Source: Hyperthermus butylicus DSM 5456 (lineage in GTDB: Archaea > Thermoproteota > Thermoprotei_A > Sulfolobales > Pyrodictiaceae). Taken from it: 32,000 nt of DNA. The stretch covers positions 150,001-182,000 of the forward strand of contig NC_008818.1 in assembly GCF_000015145.1 (NCBI RefSeq), read 5' to 3'. Positions 8,499-16,018 of the stretch are shown here, in pieces. The notes below the pieces were generated by a model that saw nothing but the letters and a program-made list of their open reading frames with translations, had not been told where the DNA came from and searched no databases. Position 1 is the first letter of the stretch. Every line of letters starts with the position of its first letter. Position numbers and translations under genes: made by a program.

Positions 8499-9174
8499 TT
8501 ATGCTACCTCTTTTCCACAGACCACAAATTCCCCGAAATCAGGGCTACTGGCGGGCATGTCTACAAGACTTCTAGCACACATACAAGCATATTCCTGTGG
8601 ACATGACTCATAACCGCGATTATAGCTGGCTACCAGGTAGCGTCAACCAGGATACTGGTAAAGGCTGTTGGCAACGTATTGGTCAGCATACCTGAGGAGC
8701 TAGGCATAGAGTTTGGTACGTTGACATACATAGATGAGAATTCTGTTAAGACGTATCGTATTTTCAGAGGCTACTAGGGGTAGCGTAGAGGCGTCGAGGG
8801 ATGATACACTTGGGATCCTTGAGGTGCGCTATGGCTGTCACAGTGCTTGCACCGCGCTGACAAACTGCAAGGCAATGATACTATAGGCCCCTTTTATTGA
8901 GGAGGGTTTCGGATGAAAGGTTTGAACTCGCAGCAAAGGAGTGCTCGTTCAACGTGAGTGAAACACAGCTAGCCTCCTTCATCGATATCGTCGTGGGTGT
9001 TCTTAGGGCTCTAGGTGCCATGGCTGTAGCTATGGGGAGAGGAAGTAGAGAAGCAGCGTGGGAAGGGAATCCATGCCGTCTGGGCTGTCGGAGGAGGCAA
9101 GAACTGCAAGACAGTTGTTGGAGATGTATTGTGAAACCCGTACCTTTACCTTCTTTTACCGTGTCTGAGGTTGA

Positions 9175-10131
9175 GTGTTGCAGGGTAGCTCTGAGGAGGG
9201 CTTTGGGCGGCTCTTGCCCCGTCTATGCCTACCACTCGGCTATCAGTTTGACCTTGATCTCTCAATGTATCCTAGCTTTGTCTCTTCGCTCTATGTGCGT
9301 ATTGCTGCTCAACGATGGCGCCGTGTAATTGGTGCAAGTCACATAGTCTTCATCGAGTCTGGCAGAGTGTGCTGCGAGGGTGATGGATGTAGTATTGAGC
9401 TCGTCGAGAAGCTCTCTGGGCTGTGGTGTATGGAGCGCTGCCTACGGGGTATAGCTGCTTCAAAGTACTCGGAACCTCTTCGGCAGCTCCTCATGGCTTA
9501 CCGCGGGCTCTCGGTGTCGGCGGCGGGTCCAGGCGACGAGCTTCTTGTGGCTTCGGCTGTTGTGCTCTCGCGTAGGACAAGTTATGCGCGGAATGTTAGG
9601 AGGTGGATGTACATCATCTTCAAGCATACTAAATCCCTCTACGAGGCTGCGGAGAGGGCGGCGAGGCTGCCGAGCCCCCAGCCACGACTCCTCGCAGCAA
9701 TACTCCACGAGCTAGCGGAAACACTCCAGGAGGGCTGTACTAGCCCGTGGAGGCTAAGGCAGAGGCTACTAGGGATACCGGGGGTAGGCCCGAAGACGGC
9801 GGATGCTATCCTCCTCTTCACTGGTTGTAGCAGCCGCGTCGCGCCGGGAGACGTGCACCTAGCGAGGTTTACGGAGATGGTGTTGGGCTGGAGGCTCCAT
9901 CCTCCGCTGAAGAACCGGTGCCTACGCACAGCCAGCTGCATGGAGTGCACCTACGCGGCTAGCTGTCTCACGGGCAGGATTGTTCGGGAGTTTGGTGATG
10001 GTGCTGGGCTTGTGCAGACCCTGGCATACGTGCATGACAGCCTAGGAGGCCGAGGAGGGTGGAGGGCTAGGCTTGAGGAGGTGTTGGCCAAGCACTATAC
10101 GAGTTCTGGTGGCACCTCATCAGGGCGGTAG
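9175..10131 (+). CDS. HhH-GPD superfamily DNA glycosylase/lyase with Fe-S cluster loop (endonuclease III-like)
   Basis: Helix-hairpin-helix LLGIPGVGPKTADAILLF with the catalytic-type Lys, followed by APGDVHLARF (Asp equivalent of VDTH). Cys cluster is C-LRTAS-C-ME-C-TYAAS-C near the C-terminus. GTG 9175 is the first possible start, immediately after a TGA. Confidence 0.75.
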   Translation: MLQGSSEEGFGRLLPRLCLPLGYQFDLDLSMYPSFVSSLYVRIAAQRWRRVIGASHIVFIESGRVCCEGDGCSIELVEKLSGLWCMERCLRGIAASKYSEPLRQLLMAYRGLSVSAAGPGDELLVASAVVLSRRTSYARNVRRWMYIIFKHTKSLYEAAERAARLPSPQPRLLAAILHELAETLQEGCTSPWRLRQRLLGIPGVGPKTADAILLFTGCSSRVAPGDVHLARFTEMVLGWRLHPPLKNRCLRTASCMECTYAASCLTGRIVREFGDGAGLVQTLAYVHDSLGGRGGWRARLEEVLAKHYTSSGGTSSGR

Positions 10132-10895
10132 GCCTTTCGGGGTCGAAGCCCAGTTCTCCTCATTAGCTCGACGACGTGGGGGTATAGTATCACGTACTCT
10201 GGATCGATGTTCTCAGCCAGCCTGGGATGTATCGCGTAGAGCAAGCGCTTAATCCTCGTAACGCCCCTCTCGTCGGTAAAGCTCAGCATGACGGCGGGGT
10301 ACACCTCCTCGCCGGGTTCAAGCCCATAGTCTACTAGGAGCTTCAGCGCCCGGAGCTGTAGCCTCCATGCCTCCGGCCTAGCTCCCGTGAGCATGTAGAA
10401 TTCCTCCTCACTAGTACCCTTAATCGAAACTCTAACCTCCACGCCTGCACCGTGAAAGCTTGCCAGCCTCCGGGCAAGCTCCTCATAGGCCCCGATTAGT
10501 ATCCCATTGGTCTCCAGGACGAAGTGCAGTCCCTCCCCCGTAACAGCCTCCATGACCTCCAACAAGTGCTCCCAGCCTACTGTGGGCTCGCCACCCGACA
10601 GCCGGACCTGGCGAACTCGCGTCCTCCTCGCAAGCCTCATCAGCCTCTCTGCAGCCTCATCCGGCGATAACAACACGCCGCGGCCATAGCCTGTCCAGGT
10701 GAAGCGCCAGGCCCAGCAAAACCTGCAGCGCAGGTTACAGCCAACAACATCCCCCGTCACAATGCCGCCGTACCAGCGATCCCGGCGAAACCGGTAGTAG
10801 CGTCGGAGCCTCATCCCACCACTCCACGGGGCAACCCTCTCGGCAACAAGCTCGGCGAGCCTAACCGGGTCATACCCTCTAGACAGCATATCCAC
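10095..10895 (-). CDS. Radical SAM enzyme, function unknown
   Basis: Canonical cluster motif VVGCNLRCRFCWAW (C-x3-C-x2-C) about 50 aa from the N-terminus, GGEPT SAM-binding motif, TIM-barrel-sized 266 aa. Divergently adjacent to queD-queE. Confidence 0.8.
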   Translation of the reverse strand: MDMLSRGYDPVRLAELVAERVAPWSGGMRLRRYYRFRRDRWYGGIVTGDVVGCNLRCRFCWAWRFTWTGYGRGVLLSPDEAAERLMRLARRTRVRQVRLSGGEPTVGWEHLLEVMEAVTGEGLHFVLETNGILIGAYEELARRLASFHGAGVEVRVSIKGTSEEEFYMLTGARPEAWRLQLRALKLLVDYGLEPGEEVYPAVMLSFTDERGVTRIKRLLYAIHPRLAENIDPEYVILYPHVVELMRRTGLRPRKAYRPDEVPPELV

Positions 10896-11062
10896 GGCTT
10901 CCCCGCCGCAATACCAGGCTGATGCGAGCCGCCAAACTGTGCTGAGTACCCTGCTCTACTGTATACATCTACCACCCCTACCGAGGACCTGGGAAGGCAA
11001 GCTATGTATGGGTGAGAGCCCCTATGCGTCATAGACCCGGCTCGGGGGGGCGACCTGGCGTC

Positions 11063-11443
11063 ATGTTCCTCGTGAAGGCTTGTACAATGTTCAGCGCGGC
11101 TCACCGCATTGAGGGGCACCCGCGTTGCGGGAAGATACACGGCCACAACTACCGTGTCTGCATAGTGGTGAGGGAGGAGAGGCCCCTCCAGGTGGACCTT
11201 GACGCTCTAGAGGAGTGGCTGGAGAGGAATGTGTTCCAGCGCTTCGACCATCAGTACCTCAACAAAGTGCTCGCAGCCCCAGATAAAGATGAGAAGCTTG
11301 TTGTCACTAGCGAGGAACTCGCAGTACTCATAGCCGATATGTTGGAGCAGGCTTTCCCTGGGAGGGTAGAGTATGTCGAGGTCTGCGAGACGGAAAACCT
11401 CTGCATTGAATACCGTCCTCCGCGTCGTGGAGGTTTTCGCTAG
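11063..11443 (+). CDS. queD: 6-carboxy-5,6,7,8-tetrahydropterin synthase
   Basis: MFLVKACTMFSAAHRIEGHPRCGKIHGHNYRV carries the QueD/PTPS Cys-x3-HGH zinc/catalytic motif. The track ORF extends to GTG 11012, but ATG 11063 matches the usual family N-terminus. Confidence 0.85.
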   Translation: MFLVKACTMFSAAHRIEGHPRCGKIHGHNYRVCIVVREERPLQVDLDALEEWLERNVFQRFDHQYLNKVLAAPDKDEKLVVTSEELAVLIADMLEQAFPGRVEYVEVCETENLCIEYRPPRRGGFR

Positions 11444-12080
11444 TATTCAGGGAGAGGGCCCCTTCACTGGCACGTACAGCGTCTTCGTACGGCTCGCAGG
11501 GTGCAACCTCCGCTGCCCCTTCTGCGACACGAGGTACGCCTGGAGCCTCGAAGCCGGAAAGCCACTAGGGGTGGAGGAGCTGGTAGAGGAGATAGCTAGG
11601 TACGAGCCGAGCCTAGTAGTGATAACTGGTGGGGAGCCCCTGCTCCAGAGACACCCACTCAACAGCCTCGTAGAGGGGCTGGAGAGCCTGGGGCTCCGCG
11701 TCCAGCTGGAGACCAATGGTATTCTCCCGGCGCCAGCTAGGGATGAGCAGCTCTGGAGAGTGTACCATGTTGTTTCGCCAAAGGATGTACCGGTACGCGT
11801 GCCTGGAGCAAAGCTCCATCCCAGCTGGGTGGACTACGCGAGAGCGACCGGGAGGGCGTGGTTCAAGTTCCTAGTGGCTAACGAACAGCATGTGCGAGAG
11901 GTAGCAGAGTACGTGGCGAAGCTAGGTATTCCTAGGAGCCGCGTCTACATAATGCCGCTAACGCCCGAGAAGCTGGACATGAAGGAGCTGCTAGAGCTGC
12001 ACAGTAGGATAGCAAGCTTGGCGGTAAAGTGGAGGCTAAACTTTAGCCCGAGGCTACACCTCCTCGTACAGCTACCCTAG
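11373..12080 (+). CDS. queE: 7-carboxy-7-deazaguanine synthase (radical SAM)
   Basis: VFASIQGEGPFTG...FVRLAGCNLRCPFCDTRYAW is the QueE signature (C-x3-C-x2-C preceded by SIQGEG). Start uncertain: ATG 11373 has GGGAGGGT upstream but overlaps queD by 71 nt; TTG 11406 and GTG 11427 are in-frame alternatives. Confidence 0.85.
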   Translation: MSRSARRKTSALNTVLRVVEVFASIQGEGPFTGTYSVFVRLAGCNLRCPFCDTRYAWSLEAGKPLGVEELVEEIARYEPSLVVITGGEPLLQRHPLNSLVEGLESLGLRVQLETNGILPAPARDEQLWRVYHVVSPKDVPVRVPGAKLHPSWVDYARATGRAWFKFLVANEQHVREVAEYVAKLGIPRSRVYIMPLTPEKLDMKELLELHSRIASLAVKWRLNFSPRLHLLVQLP

Positions 12081-12183
12081 CCTCTCCTACTAGGTTGCCT
12101 ACACAACGTATATACCGAGCGAGGGTACAGCCTAACCGTCTTTACCGGACGTTATAGAGGCTCCTAGCTCCGGGGTGTAGGGC

Positions 12184-13218
12184 TTGGCCGAGCAGACTGG
12201 GCAGACGGTAGGACGGTCCGTTGAGGGTGAGGTTGAGAGGCACGATGTTATAATAGTCGGTGCCGGCATGGCGGGGCTGACGGCGGCGCTCTACCTTGCA
12301 AGGCAGGGTGTTGACGTGCTGGTTGTGAGCCGCGATCTCGGTGGCCAGCTTATGCAGGCAACTATTATCGAGAACTACCCGGGGATAGAGGCTGTTAAGG
12401 GACCAGAGCTGGCAATGAGGGTTGAAAAGCAAGCTAGGACCTTTGGTGCAAAGTTTAGGTATGGTGAGCAGATAGTCAGGATTGACAAGCTCGAGGACGG
12501 CACGTTCCTCCTTGAGAGCAACCGGGGTAGGAGGTACCAGGCGGAAGTGGTCATACTAGCTTTTGGCAAGACCCCGAAGAGGATGAACATACCCGGCGAG
12601 GATGAGTACGATGGTCGTGGCGTAAGCTACTGCACCATCTGCGACGGTCCACTATTCCGCGGCAGGAACACAGCTGTCGTGGGCATAGGGGATCAGGGTC
12701 TTGAGGCGGTTGCGCTCTTAGCAGGGCTCTGCCCCAAGGTCTACTACGTGACTCCAACCAAGCTCTTTGGAGAGCCAGACCTAATCGCTAGGATAAAGTC
12801 TGCACCCAACGTGGAGATCCTTGAGGAGCATGAGCCGGTAAAAGTGCTAGGTGATGGGAAGAGGGTTACCGGCTTAGTGGTACGCAACAAGAAGACTGGC
12901 GAGGAGAAAACCCTGGATGTCGAGGGGATATTTGTCGAGCTCGGCTACGAGGCTAGGACAGAGTTTGTAAAGCACCTAGTAGACCTCAATGAGAACGGCG
13001 AGATAATAACTGGCAAGCTCGGCGAGACGAGGACGCCAGGGCTATTTGCGGCGGGCGACGTTACCGATGTACCGTTCAAGCAGGCCATTATCTCCGCTGG
13101 CGACGCTGCCAAGGCGGCACTAGCAGCGTTCAACTACCTGCAGAAAAGGCGTGGCCGTAACGTCACGATAAGGGTGACTGGAAGAAGACTGGTAGGGTTA
13201 AGCCAAAAACGCAGATGA
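12184..13218 (+). CDS. trxB: Thioredoxin reductase (FAD/NAD(P)-dependent pyridine nucleotide-disulfide oxidoreductase)
   Basis: FAD-binding DVIIVGAGMAGLTAALYLARQG, redox-active SYCTICDG (CxxC), second dinucleotide fold AVVGIGDQGLEAV, C-terminal GLFAAGDV motif. Confidence 0.9.
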   Translation: MAEQTGQTVGRSVEGEVERHDVIIVGAGMAGLTAALYLARQGVDVLVVSRDLGGQLMQATIIENYPGIEAVKGPELAMRVEKQARTFGAKFRYGEQIVRIDKLEDGTFLLESNRGRRYQAEVVILAFGKTPKRMNIPGEDEYDGRGVSYCTICDGPLFRGRNTAVVGIGDQGLEAVALLAGLCPKVYYVTPTKLFGEPDLIARIKSAPNVEILEEHEPVKVLGDGKRVTGLVVRNKKTGEEKTLDVEGIFVELGYEARTEFVKHLVDLNENGEIITGKLGETRTPGLFAAGDVTDVPFKQAIISAGDAAKAALAAFNYLQKRRGRNVTIRVTGRRLVGLSQKRR

Positions 13219-13243
13219 GACTTGGGCTGAAGAAGAGGGAGGG

Positions 13244-13663
13244 CTAGAGACCCTCCTCCTTCCTGATCTTCTCGGCGTACTCCTCGGGGCTAAGCAGCTT
13301 CTCCAGCTCGGAGCGATCCTCAATCTTTATCTTGAACATCCAGCCCTCCCCATAGGGGTCCCTGTTCAGCAGCTCCGGCTCATCGTAGAGCCTCTCGTTA
13401 ACCTCCACCACCTCCCCGCTGACCGGCGCATAGACGTCTGCGGCGGCCTTAACCGACTCTATGCTCGCCACGGCCTCCCCCGCCTGCACCCTCCTACCCT
13501 TCTCGGGCAGGTCTACGCCAACGATGTCCCGTAGCTTCTTCTGCGCGTAATCCGTTATCCCAACGGTGACGACACCGTCCTCCTCCTTGATCCACTCGTC
13601 GGACTTTGTGTACCTCCTATCGGTTAGGACGAGGTAGTCTCCGACACGTATCTCTCCAGCCAA
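13244..13663 (-). CDS. gcvH: Glycine cleavage system H protein (lipoyl carrier)
   Basis: YTKSDEWI...GITDYAQ...[25 protein letters not shown] contains the lipoyl-lysine ESVKA motif. 139 aa. Confidence 0.9.
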   Translation of the reverse strand: MAGEIRVGDYLVLTDRRYTKSDEWIKEEDGVVTVGITDYAQKKLRDIVGVDLPEKGRRVQAGEAVASIESVKAAADVYAPVSGEVVEVNERLYDEPELLNRDPYGEGWMFKIKIEDRSELEKLLSPEEYAEKIRKEEGL

Positions 13664-13791
13664 TGCTTATGCACCCAGGGAGCAGCAAGCACCAGGTCTA
13701 CAGAATGCTAAGGCTAAGGGCTCTTAAGGCTAACAGAACTGTGGATGGTGCATTACGGTTTAGTGTTCCCTCCTACCCGGGTATCGGGTTG

Positions 13792-13805
13792 CTTAAACTT
13801 TTAAC
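13792..13805 (+). promoter_or_regulatory. TATA-like box upstream of nuoA
   Basis: cTTAAACTTTTAAc lies in the gcvH-nuoA divergent spacer, 13-26 nt upstream of TTG 13818. This spacing suggests the true nuoA start may be the in-frame TTG 13851. Confidence 0.4.
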
Positions 13806-13817
13806 TAGCCCTATCTC

Positions 13818-14225
13818 TTGAGGGTTTCCCCGGGTGGAGGGCGGGGACTTTTGGACTATGCAGCATTCACGGCACTGTTGCTAACGGGTATTGTGCTGCC
13901 TGTCGTCATGTACTTCGTCTATAGGGTGTTCGAGATAGTCACCCGTGGACCCGACAGATACTTTGCAAGGTTCCGCTACGAGTCTGGCAACCCGCCCAAG
14001 GGGCTGGCATGGGCAAGGGTGCTCTATCACTACTTTGGCTACGTCGTGCTCCTTGTAGCGCTTGAGCCTATATTCATAATCCTCTACGTCTTTGCTGTCT
14101 ACAGTGGCGCCTCTACCTGGGAGCTGCTTGCCCTAAGCCTTGCGATTATAGCTTCTATCATTCCTCCACTCCGGTACGCTGTCCGCTATGCTGAGAAGAG
14201 GGAGTACTGGGAGCTGGAGGTGTAG
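13818..14225 (+). CDS. nuoA: NADH-quinone oxidoreductase subunit A
   Basis: Three predicted TM helices with the loop motif YESGNPPKG followed by VALEPIFIILY (NuoA/ND3 pattern YECG..P...D.E). First gene of the nuo cluster. Confidence 0.7.
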   Translation: MRVSPGGGRGLLDYAAFTALLLTGIVLPVVMYFVYRVFEIVTRGPDRYFARFRYESGNPPKGLAWARVLYHYFGYVVLLVALEPIFIILYVFAVYSGASTWELLALSLAIIASIIPPLRYAVRYAEKREYWELEV

Positions 14226-14230
14226 CCTCC

Positions 14231-14860
14231 GTGGAGATGGCGTGTCCGCGTAAGGGTTTCATGCTCGTTGGCCGCTTGGAGGAGGCTGCCGCGAAGGCTA
14301 TGAAGTGGTTGCTCGAGAGGAAGCCTATCAAGTCCCTGCTGGACTGGGGTATAAGCTTCAGCCTCTGGCCCGTACACCTCACCACTAGCTGCTGCGGCGC
14401 AGAGTTCGCAGCAGTCTACGACCCGAAGTATGACAGCGAGAGGCTTGGAAGTCTACCATTCACACATCCCAGGAACACCAACGTACTGCTCGTGGAGGGC
14501 ACCCTGACAAGAAAAATGGCCAGAGCCGCAAGGCTGGTCTGGGAGCAAATGCCATGGCCAAAGTTCGTCATAGCCATGGGGGCATGCGCTATAACAGGCG
14601 GCATATTCTACAATAGCTACAATATTGTGAGGGTCAACCAAATCCTCCCCGTAGACTACTATGTGCCTGGCTGTCCTCCAACGCCAGAAGCTGTTGCTAA
14701 CGCGCTGATAAAGCTGCAGGAGAAAGTGAGGAAGGGCGAGTGGAAGCCAAGAGACATTGAGGATAAGAAGTTCCTAGAGGAGCTCATGGCTCCACACTAC
14801 GAGAAGGCAAGGAGGCACCTTGAACTGCTAGCCAGGACCCAGCGCACGGAAAGAGCATAA
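14231..14860 (+). CDS. nuoB: NADH-quinone oxidoreductase subunit B (PSST/20 kDa, N2 cluster)
   Basis: TSCCGAEF, GACAITGGIF and VPGCPPTPEAV motifs (the four N2 cluster cysteines). GGAGGTG Shine-Dalgarno motif at 14214-14220. Confidence 0.92.
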   Translation: MEMACPRKGFMLVGRLEEAAAKAMKWLLERKPIKSLLDWGISFSLWPVHLTTSCCGAEFAAVYDPKYDSERLGSLPFTHPRNTNVLLVEGTLTRKMARAARLVWEQMPWPKFVIAMGACAITGGIFYNSYNIVRVNQILPVDYYVPGCPPTPEAVANALIKLQEKVRKGEWKPRDIEDKKFLEELMAPHYEKARRHLELLARTQRTERA

Positions 14861-14966
14861 ACCGGTAGGCATCACAATCAATCGCCGGGGCTCCAGAGAA
14901 CGTCAGGGAAGCCTCCACAGCGTTTGTTAAAGGGACACCTGCATCTTACATGGTTCCCCAGGCCTG

Positions 14967-14984
14967 CAGCTCATACAGCTCATA
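14967..14984. repeat. Perfect tandem duplication of the 9-mer CAGCTCATA
   Basis: cagctcata cagctcata read directly at 14967-14975 and 14976-14984, in the non-coding gap after nuoB. Confidence 0.9.
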
Positions 14985-14988
14985 TTCT

Positions 14989-15090
14989 CTTACCCATCGA
15001 GCCAATTCTCCTAATGGATCGGAGTGAGGCATAACCAACTTTCGAGAAGAAGCTCCGAGTAAACCCATCCAGCCACTTACCCATCCGGCC
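14989..15090. repeat. Three dispersed copies of a 12-15-nt motif (CTT)ACCCATC(C/G)(A/G)GCC
   Basis: cttacccatcgagcc (14989-15003), acccatccagcc (15063-15074) and cttacccatccggcc (15076-15090). On the minus strand these read GGCnnGATGGGTAAG. Confidence 0.8.
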
Positions 15091-15125
15091 TATACTTGTG
15101 GGCAGCACTTCCAGTCTTGTCTATG

Positions 15126-15326
15126 CTACCGCTCTACACTTCCATCCTCAATATATGGGATGTCTAGGTAGACGAAGTATCCCCTCAAAGCCCGCTTCCC
15201 GCCCTCCTCGAGCTTCACCAGAATGGCCTTTTGGAATCTCGGATGACAGTGTTGGTTAAAACCTGTTCTGGCAAAGCTGTAAGCCCTAGCAGGGGTGCAC
15301 CCATAGATGTTATCCTGGTTTCGCAT
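15126..15326 (-). CDS. Small hypothetical ORF downstream of nuoC (doubtful)
   Basis: 66-codon ATG ORF starting 48 nt after the nuoC stop on the same strand. No family motif. The frame stays open for another ~49 codons past its TAG stop (15123-15125). Confidence 0.3.
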   Translation of the reverse strand: MRNQDNIYGCTPARAYSFARTGFNQHCHPRFQKAILVKLEEGGKRALRGYFVYLDIPYIEDGSVER

Positions 15327-15373
15327 GCAGTTTCTAGGCTATGTAATGGCCTCCTCTTCACTGCAGACTGGAC

Positions 15374-15967
15374 CTAGGCCTTCTCTTCTCCCTCATCCTT
15401 TGGCTTAAGTTCCGGCTTGAGTATCCATACAGGCTTGCTCGGCTTTGTTGACATGTGGCTCTCCTCTACCACCTTAAAGTCCTTCCTGAGCGGGTAGACG
15501 CCCTCCGGCCAGTCCTCCGGCAGTAGCAGGTGGCGGGAATCTGGGTTGCCACGGAACACTATACCCAGCATCTCGTGCTCCTCCCGTTCATGGAGGAGCG
15601 CTGCCGGGTAGACATCGTGTATACTATCTATCACTGGCTCGTCGCGGGGTACAACCGTCTCGACAGCGACCACGTCGCCGGGGTTGCTGCTACGGGCGAA
15701 GTGGTAGACGATCCTTATCCTCTTAGCGTCGGGCTCGTCAACACCTGAGATTGATAACAAGTAGTCGTAACCAGTGTTCTTGAGTTCGGCCACGACCTCC
15801 CTTATCCTGTCGGGCTCCACTACCAGGGCATGGTAGTTGGTTCGCTTCTCAATCCTCGCACCATGCTTCTGGGCTAGCTGCTCAAGCGGGACGGACACAG
15901 CGCACCAGCCCGGTTGCAAACTTAAATTTAGCCGGCTAAAGTGTTTTGAGAACCGGCGGTAAACCAT
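15374..15967 (-). CDS. nuoC: NADH-quinone oxidoreductase subunit C (30 kDa), encoded opposite to the rest of the nuo cluster
   Basis: HEREEHEMLGIVFRGNPDSRHLLLPEDWPEGVYPLRKDF is the NuoC signature (ERE..dm.Gi.F.gHPd.R.lL). Start is either ATG 15967 or in-frame GTG 15898. Confidence 0.9.
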   Translation of the reverse strand: MVYRRFSKHFSRLNLSLQPGWCAVSVPLEQLAQKHGARIEKRTNYHALVVEPDRIREVVAELKNTGYDYLLSISGVDEPDAKRIRIVYHFARSSNPGDVVAVETVVPRDEPVIDSIHDVYPAALLHEREEHEMLGIVFRGNPDSRHLLLPEDWPEGVYPLRKDFKVVEESHMSTKPSKPVWILKPELKPKDEGEEKA

Positions 15968-16010
15968 TCGGGGTTGGTTCGCCCGGTTAAGGGCCGGGCT
16001 AAACTATAAC
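15921..16010. promoter_or_regulatory. Divergent nuoC/nuoD promoter region with shared TATA-like element and two CCGG-core palindromes
   Basis: TAAACTATAAC (16000-16010) is centred at ~16005, exactly midway between ATG 15967 (minus) and ATG 16043 (plus). Also contains the perfect 14-nt palindrome TTTAGCCGGCTAAA (15927-15940) and GCCCGG-ttaaggg-CCGGGC (15981-15999). Confidence 0.5.
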
Positions 16011-16018
16011 AGTGGTTA

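Noticed and set aside
8801-8890. Possible C/D box sRNA (two ATGATA elements and a CTGA)
   Set aside because: Neither element matches the RUGAUGA consensus exactly. The spacing between the C-like and D-like boxes (~50 nt) is far too long for archaeal C/D sRNAs, and no terminal stem was found. No exact TGATGA was spotted elsewhere in intergenic DNA either.
8607-9170. Decayed vapBC-type toxin-antitoxin module (AbrB-like stretch followed by ~400 bp, the size of a PIN gene)
   Set aside because: Only the short GNVLVSIPEELGIEFG resemblance supports it. Translating all three forward frames downstream gave no PIN-like N-terminal acidic motif or extended frame. Kept only as a speculative note inside the low-GC islet finding.
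8897-9328. 143-aa + strand ORF spanning the gap and the 5' end of the glycosylase gene
   Set aside because: Cys/Arg-rich, no motif, TTG start, and it overlaps the better-supported glycosylase frame. Most likely a chance open frame.
15123-15125. Programmed recoding (pyrrolysine at TAG 15123-15125 or selenocysteine at TGA 30888-30890)
   Set aside because: No Pyl or Sec machinery or SECIS-like structure is evident. These systems are not known in Crenarchaeota, so pseudogenisation or chance is more parsimonious.
14861-16018. Insertion-sequence-mediated inversion of nuoC (searched for terminal inverted repeats at 14861-14900 versus 15968-16018)
   Set aside because: No matching inverted repeats or transposase-like frame were found at the boundaries, so no mobile element can be supported. 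The inversion itself is reported as a finding.
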